Shown: piece after piece, positions 9,275 through 19,655 of the stretch
Numbering within the stretch: position 1 is the stretch's first letter
Layout of the letters: each line of letters opens with the position of its first letter
Source: Candidatus Micrarchaeia archaeon
Lineage (GTDB): Archaea > Micrarchaeota > Micrarchaeia > CAILAH01
Reading direction: 5' to 3'
Assembly: GCA_038874595.1 (NCBI GenBank)
Contig: JAVZCB010000004.1
Span: 1-64,000, forward strand
DNA: 64,000 nt
The notes under the pieces: generated by a model
The model's database searches: none
What the model was told of the DNA's origin: nothing
The model's input: the letters and a program-made list of their open reading frames with translations, nothing else
Made by a program: the position numbers and the translations under genes

Positions 9275-9607
9275 ATGGTGCCAGCAGAAAAGAAAGCGGG
9301 CAGCGGCATCACGGAAAGCAAGCTGAGGGATGCGCTCAGGTCCGTTATTGACCCAGAGCTTGGGGTTAACGTAGTTGACCTTGGGCTCATATATGATATA
9401 AATATAAATAGAGATGCTGTAAAAATTAAGATGACACTGACCACTCCAATGTGCCCACTCGCACCTGTTATTATTGAAGGTGTGCAAAAAGCCGCAGAAG
9501 GTGTGGAAGGTGTTAAGAAGGTTGATGTTGAGGTGACATTTGACCCTCCATGGTCTATTGACCGGGTAAGCCCCGGCTTGAGAGAAAAAATGGGGTTGGG
9601 TGTCTGA
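9275..9607 (+). CDS. Metal-sulfur cluster assembly factor (DUF59/SufT-like)
   Basis: VIDPELGVNVVDLGLIY, MTLTTPMCP, FDPPW motifs. Confidence 0.9.
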   Translation: MVPAEKKAGSGITESKLRDALRSVIDPELGVNVVDLGLIYDININRDAVKIKMTLTTPMCPLAPVIIEGVQKAAEGVEGVKKVDVEVTFDPPWSIDRVSPGLREKMGLGV

Positions 9608-9629
9608 AAAAACTTGTGGGGGTAATCGG

Positions 9630-10379
9630 ATGGTTTTTGAACATGCCATAAAAACATATACAAAAAATACTGGCCTATTTTTGGTATTTTCTGTATCTTT
9701 CTTGCTTGGTTTGCTTATGCCAATCCTTGCAAGCACACCTACTTACAGTGCGATAGGTGCGGTGTTCCTGAGGTTTATGAGTATACCTGAGATGACAATT
9801 GCGGACCTGATTATTATAGGGATTGCGTTCATCCTATCAAACTACTTTGTAGCGTTCGGCCTTGTTGCAGTGAACCTTATTGTGAAGCGTGAGAGAGTAC
9901 AGATTAATCTTACAACTGAAATCCTGAATAATATTGCAAGAAATACGCTCGTGATATTCCTAATATTCACTTTCCTTTTCTTTGTCAACTATGCTGCACA
10001 GATATTCCTAATGGAACTACAGGCGCCTTACTGGCTTGCAGGGATTGTTTTCTTCCTGATATATATTCCAACGTTTTATGTTGGGCCTGCAATCGTGATA
10101 GATGAGCTGAAGCCCGTACAGGCAGTGATGGCAAGCGTGGAGCACATCAAAAGGCAGCCAATGGCAGTTGTGATGTGGCTCTTCTTAGGCCTTGCAATGC
10201 TGCTTGTCACATCGTTGGTTTCTTATGCAATTGTGCCCGCATATTTCCAGTGGATAACACTGGTTATAAACTCTTTCTTCATAATACCATTCCTGCTGGT
10301 GTACCAGGCACACATATACATAGAGAAATATGAAATACTCAAAGGCCCGCGAAGGAGAGGCAGGGCTGGAAACAGGTGA
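9630..10379 (+). CDS. Hypothetical polytopic membrane protein
   Basis: About six hydrophobic helices. ATG 9630 preferred over the overlapping GTG 9600. Confidence 0.75.
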   Translation: MVFEHAIKTYTKNTGLFLVFSVSFLLGLLMPILASTPTYSAIGAVFLRFMSIPEMTIADLIIIGIAFILSNYFVAFGLVAVNLIVKRERVQINLTTEILNNIARNTLVIFLIFTFLFFVNYAAQIFLMELQAPYWLAGIVFFLIYIPTFYVGPAIVIDELKPVQAVMASVEHIKRQPMAVVMWLFLGLAMLLVTSLVSYAIVPAYFQWITLVINSFFIIPFLLVYQAHIYIEKYEILKGPRRRGRAGNR

Positions 10380-10391
10380 AGAGGTGTATAT

Positions 10392-11138
10392 ATGTTTAAG
10401 ATAGATGTAAACGAGATTGATGAGTTTAAGAGCGCTGTTGAGGCGCTGGGCAATCTGATTGATGAGGGCACTTTCTCTTTCAAGAAAGAGGGAATCAGCC
10501 TGCACGCGCTTGACCCTTCTCAAATCGCAATGGTCATATTTACAATGCCACAGAGCGCGTTTGCTGATTATTCAGTTGACGGGGCGCAGACCGTCGGGCT
10601 TAACATAGATAATTTCAATAAAATATTATCGCGCGGTACAAAAGGAAACAAAGTAAGCATATTTGATGAGGAAAACAAAGTAGTTGTACAGTTTATTGGT
10701 GAGAAATCAAAGAAGAGCTTTAAAGTGCCGGTGATCGATATTGGTGCTGGTGTTGAGAGGGAGCCGCGTGTTGAGCATGATGTGAGCATTGTTATGAACG
10801 CTGGTGCATTCAAGGATGCAATCAAGGACATTGCGCTTGTAAGCTCGCACATCACGTTTGAAGTTAAAGGCAAAAAACTCAAGATAAGCGCCTCTGGTGA
10901 TAATGCAGAGGCAGACCTTGAGTTCGAAGAAGGCGACGAAAACATAAAGAAGATGGATGTAAAGAGCGCAGCGAAGGCGACTTTCCCGGTGCAGTACTTT
11001 GAAGATATGGTAAAGGGTGCAAGCGGAAATACGGATATTGAAATATCATTAAAGACAAATGCGCCTGTTAAAATAAAGTACGCATTGGGCAATGCATCTT
11101 TTGTGTATTACCTGGCACCAAGGATAGATTTGGAGTGA
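10392..11138 (+). CDS. pcn: DNA polymerase sliding clamp PCNA
   Basis: 248 aa; LIDEG.F, ALDPSQIAMV, C-terminal YYLAPRI; GAGGTG RBS. Confidence 0.95.
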   Translation: MFKIDVNEIDEFKSAVEALGNLIDEGTFSFKKEGISLHALDPSQIAMVIFTMPQSAFADYSVDGAQTVGLNIDNFNKILSRGTKGNKVSIFDEENKVVVQFIGEKSKKSFKVPVIDIGAGVEREPRVEHDVSIVMNAGAFKDAIKDIALVSSHITFEVKGKKLKISASGDNAEADLEFEEGDENIKKMDVKSAAKATFPVQYFEDMVKGASGNTDIEISLKTNAPVKIKYALGNASFVYYLAPRIDLE

Positions 11139-11154
11139 ATTGAGAGAGCATCTA

Positions 11155-11218
11155 CAAAAAACAAAAATGAGAGAATATAATTGCCTTATTTTATTTTTGT
11201 GATTCTGTTGTTTTTGGC
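11155..11218. terminator. Probable bidirectional T-rich terminator region between convergent genes
   Basis: A-tracts followed by T-tracts between the pcn and gdhA stop codons. Confidence 0.3.
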
Positions 11219-12430
11219 TTAAAACTGGTATTTCATTGCAGCGACTAAGCGCTTCACACTTACTCTGTAAGCGGCCTCCCTATAGCTTATTCCTTTGCCT
11301 ACACGATGCTTTTCATTTGCTACCCCTTCAAACGCCCTGCGCATTATCTCTTTTAACCGTGAGACTACATCGTCATATTCATAGATTGCACCCTGCAGGT
11401 TCTGCTGCCATTCAATATAACTTGCAGAGACTCCGCCTCCGTTGACCAGTATGTCCGGGAACACCTCAATACCGCGCTCTTTTAGGATAGCGTCTGCCTC
11501 CATTGTTGTGGGATTGTTTGCTGCCTCAAAAATATACTTTGCTTTTATCTTATCAGCATTGTCCTTATGTATCTGGTTATCAAGCGCGGCCGGGACAAGA
11601 ACATCACATTCACATTCAATCAGCTCTTCATTGGTTATCTTCTGCGCCTCGTGATAATCCTGCACACTACCGCCTGAGCTTTTTACTGCCATAACTTTTT
11701 TGATATCCAGACCATCTTCGTTATATATCCCTCCTTTTGAATCGCTCACTGCAACAATTTTATAGCCAGCCTCATAGAGTATTCGTGCGGCGTGCATACC
11801 CACATTACCGAACCCCTGCACTGCAATCTTTGCATCTTTGCCGATTTTATGCGTTTGGAACGCCAACTCCATTACAAAAAATGCACCGCGGCCGGTTGCC
11901 TCATCCCTGCCCTGGAGGCCACCTGCCTCAACAGGCTTGCCTGTAAATGTTGCATACCCGCCACTACCTGTGATTGTGTTATACTCATCAGCCATCCACG
12001 CCATCATCTCAGCGTTCGTGTTGACATCTGGTGCCGGGATATCTTTATGTGGCCCAATAAACGGAAAGACCGCACGAACGTAAGAGCGGGAGATGCGCTC
12101 AAGCTCGCGCTTGCTATATTCTTTTGGGTTTATGCATACGCCTCCTTTACCGCCACCGTACGGAATTGCCATCAGCGAATTCTTGAAAGTCATAAGCTTT
12201 GATAAAAGGACAACCTCATCGTAATTCACACCTGGGTGGTACCGTATCCCGCCTTTGTACGGGCCAAGCGCAGAGTTATACTGCGACCTATATCCTGTAA
12301 GGAAAACCACCTCGCCATTATCACGCACAAGCGGAAATGTGATTTCAACAACGCGTTCTGGCCTGTTAAGCCGTTCTGCGTACTTCTTCTCAAGGCCAAG
12401 CCCTGTTATTGTATCTTCTATCAATCCCAT
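11219..12430 (-). CDS. gdhA: Glutamate dehydrogenase (Glu/Leu/Phe/Val family)
   Basis: GPYKGGIRYHP, GGGKGG, DIPAPDVNT, GFGNVG, EAANNP. Confidence 0.95.
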   Translation of the reverse strand: MGLIEDTITGLGLEKKYAERLNRPERVVEITFPLVRDNGEVVFLTGYRSQYNSALGPYKGGIRYHPGVNYDEVVLLSKLMTFKNSLMAIPYGGGKGGVCINPKEYSKRELERISRSYVRAVFPFIGPHKDIPAPDVNTNAEMMAWMADEYNTITGSGGYATFTGKPVEAGGLQGRDEATGRGAFFVMELAFQTHKIGKDAKIAVQGFGNVGMHAARILYEAGYKIVAVSDSKGGIYNEDGLDIKKVMAVKSSGGSVQDYHEAQKITNEELIECECDVLVPAALDNQIHKDNADKIKAKYIFEAANNPTTMEADAILKERGIEVFPDILVNGGGVSASYIEWQQNLQGAIYEYDDVVSRLKEIMRRAFEGVANEKHRVGKGISYREAAYRVSVKRLVAAMKYQF

Positions 12431-12440
12431 TTATAACACC

Positions 12441-15254
12441 TCAATCATTCCGTTTGTATATCCTGATAGGAACAACACCAAACCCGGTCTTATCGGCAGG
12501 ATATACCTGCGTGTACCCATCAAGCTCACCAAGGAAAAATGCTTTGTAGAAATTAGATGTATACCCTCTCCCAGGCGCATCTGCAAGGCCCTCTTTTGTA
12601 TATACCATTATATACTCATTATAAATTGCGTTTTGTATTCTGGCCTGGCCTGAAGCCATTGGAACAACACTTAGCTGCTTGCCAGTCTGGGCATCGAATA
12701 TTAGCATATACTGGCCGTTTATGATTTGGGTGCAGTACATTCTCATCCCAAAAGATGAATAACCTATCACGCCATACTGGTTGCCTATCGAGCACATCTG
12801 GCTTATTGCTGGTTTCTGCGGCACCCACATCCTTTCAAATTGGTAATCCATACTGCATTTTGATTCTGATGGCATATCTTCGGGTTTTGTTTCTCCGTTA
12901 TACACACAAGATAAATATGTCAGTGCGCCCCATTTACCTACCAGGTCTATATCAAATAAAGCATAGGTAGAGTTGTGCGCTTTCATATAAGCGGCCATTA
13001 CACTCTCGTTCTTTGCTACATACTTATCTGCAACTTCCAGGTCAAGTATCACAAACGGATGGTCATTCCTCGTGAATGTCTTCTTGAGTGCAAAGTGGTT
13101 CGTCCAGTGCCCGTAATCCCACCAAGAGAACACGTATGAATTGTTATCAACATTCTTGCGCATCCATTCCATCGAATCATACCAATACTCAGGGATTACG
13201 TTGCAGTAGAAGTTTTTCGCATAGAGTGATGAGGTAAGCGTCTCGGCACACAATGCACTTACGGATTTGTGGTCAAGCAGGTTCATTGTGAGATGCTCTA
13301 TTGAATATGGGAGCACATCAATGTTGTTGAGTGCGAACGGCAGGAATAGTAGCATGGCGGAGATCCCCAGCACTGCATCCCATCTCTTTTCGTTATAATA
13401 TTGGTATGTAAGATAGAGGAACCCTGCAAACACTGCACCAAACACTAAGTAGTAAAGTGCATTTGAAAGCGCATAGAATGGAATGCCTCCCCCGCCTATG
13501 AAGAATCCTATGAACCCGATTATGTAAGAGAGCACTGCAAACACTGCAAGCAGCATCAGCACAGCGCCAGCGCCAAACCCCAAATATTCAGGCAGGCCTT
13601 TATCCCTCTGTGCAAAATATGCCTCCCCTACTATTGCACATATCGCCAAGCCAAGCACCCAGCCAAGATGCGGGAGGTACTTGATTTTCTGGAGACCTAT
13701 CAGTGAGATTGAGAATACAAGCAATGCGATAAGGAGTATCGTCTCAGATTTTCTGTAAAACAGGCCGTATGTAAGGGAAAGCAACAGCAAAACAAGCACG
13801 ACCGGTAATGCCTGCAATGAGCCATACTTTGATATGAAATTCTTGGTTATGCTGCTCACATCAATAGAGACGCCTGCAATCCCAAACCTTCCTGAGATGT
13901 CATCACCGTGCAGGTTCTCTTCTGCAACTGTCTTAACAAGCGCGTTTGATGCACCGAGCTGGCCCACCCCCATCAAACCTATCCCATAGCTGAGGACAGG
14001 TGCGCCAAGTGGTGTTAGTAGGAATACCGCTGATAGTAACCCAATGCCACATAAAGCCAAGGCACGGTTCTTCATCGTTGATAGGTGCGTCTTTCCTATA
14101 TCAAGAAGATGGTATACAAAGAATGCAAAGAATGATGCAAGCAACAGCAATATAACATCACCGTTAACCACCGAGCTGAAACCTAGCGTCCCTGGGGAAG
14201 TGTATACGCTCACAATAAGGTTTGCAATCGAGACTGAAAACGCCATAACTGCTGGGAGCTCATAGTATACTTTTGAGCGCTCACCGTTCAGGAAATCCAA
14301 AGCTGCCTTTACAAAAACAAACAGTGCAAGCACCACAGTTGGTATCATGCCTGCTTTTGAGCCGAGCACCGCACCTAAAACACCCAGCACTGCTAACACG
14401 TAATACCAACGGTTATCCTTATACTTAATTGCGTAATGGATGAACACTATACCTGCCATTGCTGCAAAAATGCCCCATGGTAGTTGTTCGGCAACCCCTG
14501 CGAAGAACTTGGAAAATAGCATTGGGATGAAAGACATTACGAATGCCGCACTTACACCTATGAAAGAAGAGTACTCATCCCTGAAGAGGAGGTATGCAAG
14601 GAATACAATGAGTGCACCAAGAAGTGGGGGATATATGTTTGCGATTATGGAGTTTTCAAAGTGGTCATAATGCCCCGGGCCAAATGATAAAAAGTACCAT
14701 ACTGCTGTGAGGTATTGCGGGAGCGGGCGGTTGCGGTGGCCTACAAGATGTAACTGATATGTCTGGCCGTCATGGATAACTTGCTCGTTCGATGCGTATA
14801 CTAAATCATCATAGAGCGGGACCTCACCTTTGGTCAGGAGGAATTCGGATATTTGCATATAGTAATAGGGGTCAAATTCATAGAAATACGCTGAAAGTGA
14901 CTGTAGGCGCAGGAAGAATGCAACCAAAAACATGAGAAGCACTGCGAGCGAAACGCGCGAAAATGTTGTATGAGGGGGTTGTAGAGAGACCTGCTTGGTA
15001 AATAAAAGGTACCCCGAGATAATAAGTGGGATTGCAAATGTGATTGCAATCAGCGGTAGCGCGAAAGGCATAAAGAAATTAAGGAGCCAGGCGATAAGTG
15101 GAACTAATATTACGGAAATTGTAAGCGCAACAAGGCCAAGCTCTATCAGGTTAAGCTTCCTTTCCCTGAAAAAGAACTCTGCGATCGGTATGAAGAGCAG
15201 GACGAATGCAATAAAGTTTATTATCCCACCGGGTATCAGGTCTAGAACGTTCAT
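12441..15254 (-). CDS. aglB: Oligosaccharyltransferase AglB/STT3
   Basis: Multi-TM protein with EFDPYY, TVAEE and SWWDYGHW motifs and a soluble C-terminal domain. Confidence 0.88.
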   Translation of the reverse strand: MNVLDLIPGGIINFIAFVLLFIPIAEFFFRERKLNLIELGLVALTISVILVPLIAWLLNFFMPFALPLIAITFAIPLIISGYLLFTKQVSLQPPHTTFSRVSLAVLLMFLVAFFLRLQSLSAYFYEFDPYYYMQISEFLLTKGEVPLYDDLVYASNEQVIHDGQTYQLHLVGHRNRPLPQYLTAVWYFLSFGPGHYDHFENSIIANIYPPLLGALIVFLAYLLFRDEYSSFIGVSAAFVMSFIPMLFSKFFAGVAEQLPWGIFAAMAGIVFIHYAIKYKDNRWYYVLAVLGVLGAVLGSKAGMIPTVVLALFVFVKAALDFLNGERSKVYYELPAVMAFSVSIANLIVSVYTSPGTLGFSSVVNGDVILLLLASFFAFFVYHLLDIGKTHLSTMKNRALALCGIGLLSAVFLLTPLGAPVLSYGIGLMGVGQLGASNALVKTVAEENLHGDDISGRFGIAGVSIDVSSITKNFISKYGSLQALPVVLVLLLLSLTYGLFYRKSETILLIALLVFSISLIGLQKIKYLPHLGWVLGLAICAIVGEAYFAQRDKGLPEYLGFGAGAVLMLLAVFAVLSYIIGFIGFFIGGGGIPFYALSNALYYLVFGAVFAGFLYLTYQYYNEKRWDAVLGISAMLLFLPFALNNIDVLPYSIEHLTMNLLDHKSVSALCAETLTSSLYAKNFYCNVIPEYWYDSMEWMRKNVDNNSYVFSWWDYGHWTNHFALKKTFTRNDHPFVILDLEVADKYVAKNESVMAAYMKAHNSTYALFDIDLVGKWGALTYLSCVYNGETKPEDMPSESKCSMDYQFERMWVPQKPAISQMCSIGNQYGVIGYSSFGMRMYCTQIINGQYMLIFDAQTGKQLSVVPMASGQARIQNAIYNEYIMVYTKEGLADAPGRGYTSNFYKAFFLGELDGYTQVYPADKTGFGVVPIRIYKRND

Positions 15255-15315
15255 AAGGGGTTTTTAGGGTGCACATTTTATTAAATTAACAGCGCCTTAA
15301 CTACTGTGAGGTAAT

Positions 15316-15978
15316 TTGATGAGAAGAATACTGTTGTTAGGGATACTCCTTGCAATGGTGCTTTTATTCGGCTGTATAGGCGGGAATGATAAGAGCACTA
15401 CCAACGCAGGGGATGGCAAGCTGAATGCAAACACCGGCTCTGATGGGCAGGGTGCAAAGCAAGATGGTACTGGAAGTTCCAGCGGCCAGGATGCTGGTAC
15501 TGGAATGTTCAACCCATCCGCATCACAAAAGTGTACTATCAAGGACCGTACTACGGGTGATGTGAGCATATATTACCTGGATGGGAAAGGGAATATGCGT
15601 GCAGAGATTAAAGTAGCTAATCAGGAGATAGTTACAATAGTTAAGGGTGAATCTGTATATACACAGGCAACCGCTGAGATGAAACAAGGCCCAATGCTCC
15701 AGGATTGTGATTGGTTATATTTTGACGCCAAGGATAAAAGTTCTGGGGGTATTGAAAAGCCACCAACGGCGCAAGAAATAAAAGAGATGGCTAATACGAT
15801 TGCAAGGTATGAGGTATCATGTGTGCCTCAGCAGGTTGATGAATCTGTTCTTGCAACCCCTGGGAAGGTGTGCGACCTCAAAAAGATGATGGATGAGGCG
15901 ACCAAAAACCCGTGCGCATCAATCCCTGACCTGAACCAGAGGGCTGAGTGCGAGAAGGCAATGGCAGGGTATAATTAA
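15316..15978 (+). CDS. Putative lipoprotein
   Basis: Signal peptide ending in the LLFGC lipobox, Gly/Ser linker, beta-rich domain with cysteines. Confidence 0.75.
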   Translation: MMRRILLLGILLAMVLLFGCIGGNDKSTTNAGDGKLNANTGSDGQGAKQDGTGSSSGQDAGTGMFNPSASQKCTIKDRTTGDVSIYYLDGKGNMRAEIKVANQEIVTIVKGESVYTQATAEMKQGPMLQDCDWLYFDAKDKSSGGIEKPPTAQEIKEMANTIARYEVSCVPQQVDESVLATPGKVCDLKKMMDEATKNPCASIPDLNQRAECEKAMAGYN

Positions 15979-16004
15979 GACCGTGCAGGTGAATTGGCTA
16001 AGAG

Positions 16005-17141
16005 GTGTCGGTTGTGAGCGCGGATAATGCGATTATTGCAAATAGTGCATGGCCTCAGGTAAACTTGGCACAGCCGGCACCACAAACACCTTTGGATATT
16101 GCAAGGAAGATGCGAGCTGAAAGGAGGTTTGATGAGGCAGTTAAAATTCTGCAAGAAGAGATCTCAAAAGGAAACGCTGCTGAGGAATGCTCGCTTCTTC
16201 TTGCAGATATTTTTGGGGATATGGGTGATTTTGAGCGTGCCGTAAAAGTGATGGATGAGCTTATCAAAGCAAACCCAAAAAACAAAACGTACTACATGAA
16301 AAGAAGCGTGTTCAGGTTCAAGCTTGATGACAGGCAGGGCGCACTTAAGGATGTGATAAAAGCACGTGAGATTGACTCAAAAGATATTAGTATTGTTAAA
16401 GCGCTTGTTGATGTTAACGCATCACTTGGGAATTATACTGAGGCGTTGGAAGCGCTTAATCTGATACAAAACCAGAATATGATTGACAGCGGGGTGCACG
16501 AGAGGAGGAAAAACCTGCTCGGCCTTATACGGTTAAAAGAGGAATCAGACATATATAATTTCCTGCTTGATTCGGTAAAAGCTAACGCAAAAGATGATAT
16601 GCTATTGATTGCATCTTCGCTTTTTGAGAAAATCACAGAGCGTAGGAACGCGGACTATTATGAAGTGGGATGTGGGCTATACAGGAAAATGGGGATGCCG
16701 CATAAAGCGGTTCAACTCGGTGAAGAAGCTGAAAAGGAAAATAAAACAAACGATCGTGTCCGTAGGATGCTTGCGTTTGCATACATGGACCTCCATAAGT
16801 TCGATAAGGCGATAAAATTGCTTGAAGGGATTGCAAAGAGAAGCAAAGATGACCCTGCAGTGTTCGCAGACCTTGCAGTTGCGAAACTTAATGGAGGTGA
16901 CCCGGCAGGGGCACTCAAGGCGATTGATAATGCAATTAAAATAGACCCGTACAGGGAGATGTTCTACCTGCATAAGGGGGACATAATTGCACGGCTTGAA
17001 AGTGTACAGCACGCTGTGAGATGGTATGAGAAAGCTATTGCACTCAACCCGCTGAACCAGGATGCGCACGACCGCAAGGAAAATGCAGAAGCGGTGCTGT
17101 ACAGGCACGCCAAGAAAAGCGATGAGAAAATATTCAGGTAG
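16005..17141 (+). CDS. Tetratricopeptide repeat protein
   Basis: Multiple TPR units (A...YEKAIALNP; ALKAIDNAIKIDP). Start uncertain. Confidence 0.85.
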   Translation: MSVVSADNAIIANSAWPQVNLAQPAPQTPLDIARKMRAERRFDEAVKILQEEISKGNAAEECSLLLADIFGDMGDFERAVKVMDELIKANPKNKTYYMKRSVFRFKLDDRQGALKDVIKAREIDSKDISIVKALVDVNASLGNYTEALEALNLIQNQNMIDSGVHERRKNLLGLIRLKEESDIYNFLLDSVKANAKDDMLLIASSLFEKITERRNADYYEVGCGLYRKMGMPHKAVQLGEEAEKENKTNDRVRRMLAFAYMDLHKFDKAIKLLEGIAKRSKDDPAVFADLAVAKLNGGDPAGALKAIDNAIKIDPYREMFYLHKGDIIARLESVQHAVRWYEKAIALNPLNQDAHDRKENAEAVLYRHAKKSDEKIFR

Positions 17142-17229
17142 AGAGGCTACACATATGCTATATTCCGGAATTGTTATGTATAAGGAAGGAAAGATATGAT
17201 GAATGTATGAATGTGATGAGGTTGCGTAT

Positions 17230-18414
17230 ATGCTGATTGGGATTGTTGGCAAACCATCAACTGGCAAAAGCTCTTTCTTTATGGCGGCCACAAGTGTTGC
17301 TGTTGAGAGGTCGCCGAGACCTTTTACAACTATTAAGCCGAACCATGCTGTTGGGTACGTAGAGGTTGAGTGTGTTGATAAAGAGTTTGGCGTGCAATGT
17401 AATCCGAGAACTGGCTATTGCATAAAAGGAAGGAGGTTTGTCCCTGTTGAATTGCTTGACGTTGCGGGGCTCGTGCCGGGTGCGCACGAGGGGAAAGGCC
17501 TGGGCAACAAGTTTCTTGATGATTTAAGGCAGGCTGATGTGCTCATACATATTGTAGATGGGAGCGGCTCAACAAATGAGAACGGAGAGAAAGTAGATAT
17601 AGGAACATATGACCCTGCAAATGATATCAGGTTTCTTGAGGAGGAGCTTGATTTCTGGATTAAGGGGATAATGGATAATAACTGGGCCAAGCTTGTGAAA
17701 GAGGCGCGTTCAAAAGGAAATGAGGATGCCTTGTTTAATCAGTTCACGGGCCTGAAAATCAGCAGGGATGCAGTCTCAAGAACGCTTACAGGGCTTAACC
17801 TAAAAGAGAAAGCGCTCGATGCGTGGAGTGATGATGAGAAATTGAGTTTTGCAAAAAGAATGCGTGCAATCGGCAAGCCTATCCTGATTGCAGCTAACAA
17901 GTGTGATTTACCAGGTGCGTATAAGAATTATGAGCGGCTGGTTAAGGAGTTCCCGGATTATATCATAATACCATGCTCCGCAGAGGCTGAGATTGCACTT
18001 AAAAGCGCTGCAAAAAACAAGTTCATTGAATATGTGCCTGGTGATGCGGATTTTAATATTGTAGGGAACGTGGATGAGCAGCAGAGGAAGGCGCTTGAGT
18101 TCCTGCGCACATATATTAAAAGTGCAAACGGGACAGGGGTGCAGAAAGCGCTTAACACGGCGGTGTTTGGACTGCTAAAGTATGTTGCTGTGTTCCCAGG
18201 CGGTGCTAATAAGCTGGCCGATAATGAGGGAAACGTGTTGCCGGATGTTTTCCTGTTTCCGCCGGGGAGTACTGCCCTTGATTTTGCAGCAAGGATACAT
18301 AAGGATATGGCAAAGAATTTCATCAGGGCGATTAATGCACGCACAAAACGGGCGCTCGGTGCGGATTACGTGTTACAGCACAGGGATGTGCTTGAGATTG
18401 TTTTTGGAAGGTAA
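17230..18414 (+). CDS. ychF: YchF/OLA1-family translation-associated NTPase
   Basis: GKPSTGKS, PFTT, DVAGL..G...GKGLGNKFL, NKCD, C-terminal TGS domain. Confidence 0.93.
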   Translation: MLIGIVGKPSTGKSSFFMAATSVAVERSPRPFTTIKPNHAVGYVEVECVDKEFGVQCNPRTGYCIKGRRFVPVELLDVAGLVPGAHEGKGLGNKFLDDLRQADVLIHIVDGSGSTNENGEKVDIGTYDPANDIRFLEEELDFWIKGIMDNNWAKLVKEARSKGNEDALFNQFTGLKISRDAVSRTLTGLNLKEKALDAWSDDEKLSFAKRMRAIGKPILIAANKCDLPGAYKNYERLVKEFPDYIIIPCSAEAEIALKSAAKNKFIEYVPGDADFNIVGNVDEQQRKALEFLRTYIKSANGTGVQKALNTAVFGLLKYVAVFPGGANKLADNEGNVLPDVFLFPPGSTALDFAARIHKDMAKNFIRAINARTKRALGADYVLQHRDVLEIVFGR

Positions 18415-18418
18415 TTAG

Positions 18419-18873
18419 ATGCCAAAAATAATTACTGATTTGCAAGAGCTTTCTAAAGTTGAAAAATAGGTAAGAGAAGCTGAGGCCAAAAATCCGGTTG
18501 TATAAAATCCCAGGTAGGAGTTGTCATAGTTAAAAAGGAGAAATTATTTCAAAAGGACACGATTTCTACTTCCAGCAAATGCTTCGTAAACAAGGGAGGG
18601 TATTGCAGCCCGTGCATAAGAAAACATATACATGACAATTCTCAATCAGAGAGATGCTTTGCAATCCATGCTGAACAGATGGCATTGATTAATGCAAGGG
18701 CAGACTTAACTGATGCTGTAATGTACCACACTAAGATAAAGAATTGCGTACGAACGCCTATAGAGGTGCCTGCATGCACCGTTTGCAACAGGATGATTAA
18801 AGAGGCAGCTGTTCATTTCGTGACTCTGCAAAAAGAGGGATACGTGATGTATTCCCCCAGAAGAGCTAAATGA
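18419..18873 (+). pseudogene. Disrupted dCMP/cytidine deaminase-family gene
   Basis: The ATG 18419 frame stops at TAG 18467-18469. Another frame gives SGCIKSQVGVVIV...CFAIHAEQMALINA...PACTVCNRMI (HAE and CxxC Zn motifs). The GEIISKGH motif lies in a different frame from HAE. Confidence 0.75.
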
Positions 18874-18897
18874 CATTTCATTTAAGAAACTTCTGAA

Positions 18898-19308
18898 TCA
18901 TTTTTGAGAATTGGCCTTCAAATTCTCGATCCGTATTTCAGGGACATCAAAAAACCCAAGTTTACCCTTATAGGGAATGGGCGCTATCCTCTGAACGTCT
19001 TTTAGGACAAATCCATATGTTGGAAACGTGTTGTTATCAATCGAAAGATGCCGCTCTCTATCGGTAACAAACTCCTCTTCACTGCCATAGTGGATAACGT
19101 CAACAAGATTTGCATAACCGACAATATGGCCAACGGTTAGGTCCCGCAAGTCAAATTTATAGAAATTGGCGGCATCTACAGCCACGCCTTTTGATACATG
19201 AATCAAAAAATATCCCCTCAATTTTGTGTTCCATGTCCGTATTTCTATTTTTTTCCGCCCTTGCAGGATAAGCTCCGCCCAAGGCTGCTTAATGGAGAGC
19301 GCTTTCAT
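18898..19308 (-). CDS. ASCH domain protein (ASC-1-like)
   Basis: MKALSIKQPWAELILQGRKKIEIRTW...GKLGFF. Confidence 0.9.
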   Translation of the reverse strand: MKALSIKQPWAELILQGRKKIEIRTWNTKLRGYFLIHVSKGVAVDAANFYKFDLRDLTVGHIVGYANLVDVIHYGSEEEFVTDRERHLSIDNNTFPTYGFVLKDVQRIAPIPYKGKLGFFDVPEIRIENLKANSQK

Positions 19309-19655
19309 CTTATCACTTCAAAATATATCGCAAGAATACCAAACTTCTTTTCTTCCTCTTCGGAATAATATCGCCTCATGCGCTGAACCTGCTCTTCAAC
19401 AGTAAGATTGGCATGGTGCAAATATTCCTTAGGCACAAATACAAACAAATCCCTAAAACTGTCAAAACGCAATAATCCCCTTACACGTACCCTAACCACT
19501 CCATTCCCATCCAAACTCCTAAATACTATCGTATCACCGAGTGCAAGTTTTTTGCGCTTTTCGTCAAAAAGTCTAACCTCGACAATTTTCTGCCCAGCGT
19601 TTACCCATTCAAATGGTTCGGCTGCTAATTGCATCATATGTTCCGCCATGTTCAT
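19305..19655 (-). CDS. ASCH domain protein (second subfamily)
   Basis: HMMQL..EPFEWV.AGQKIVEVRLFDEKR..L..GD.I.F; 4-bp overlaps with both neighbours. Confidence 0.88.
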   Translation of the reverse strand: MNMAEHMMQLAAEPFEWVNAGQKIVEVRLFDEKRKKLALGDTIVFRSLDGNGVVRVRVRGLLRFDSFRDLFVFVPKEYLHHANLTVEEQVQRMRRYYSEEEEKKFGILAIYFEVIR

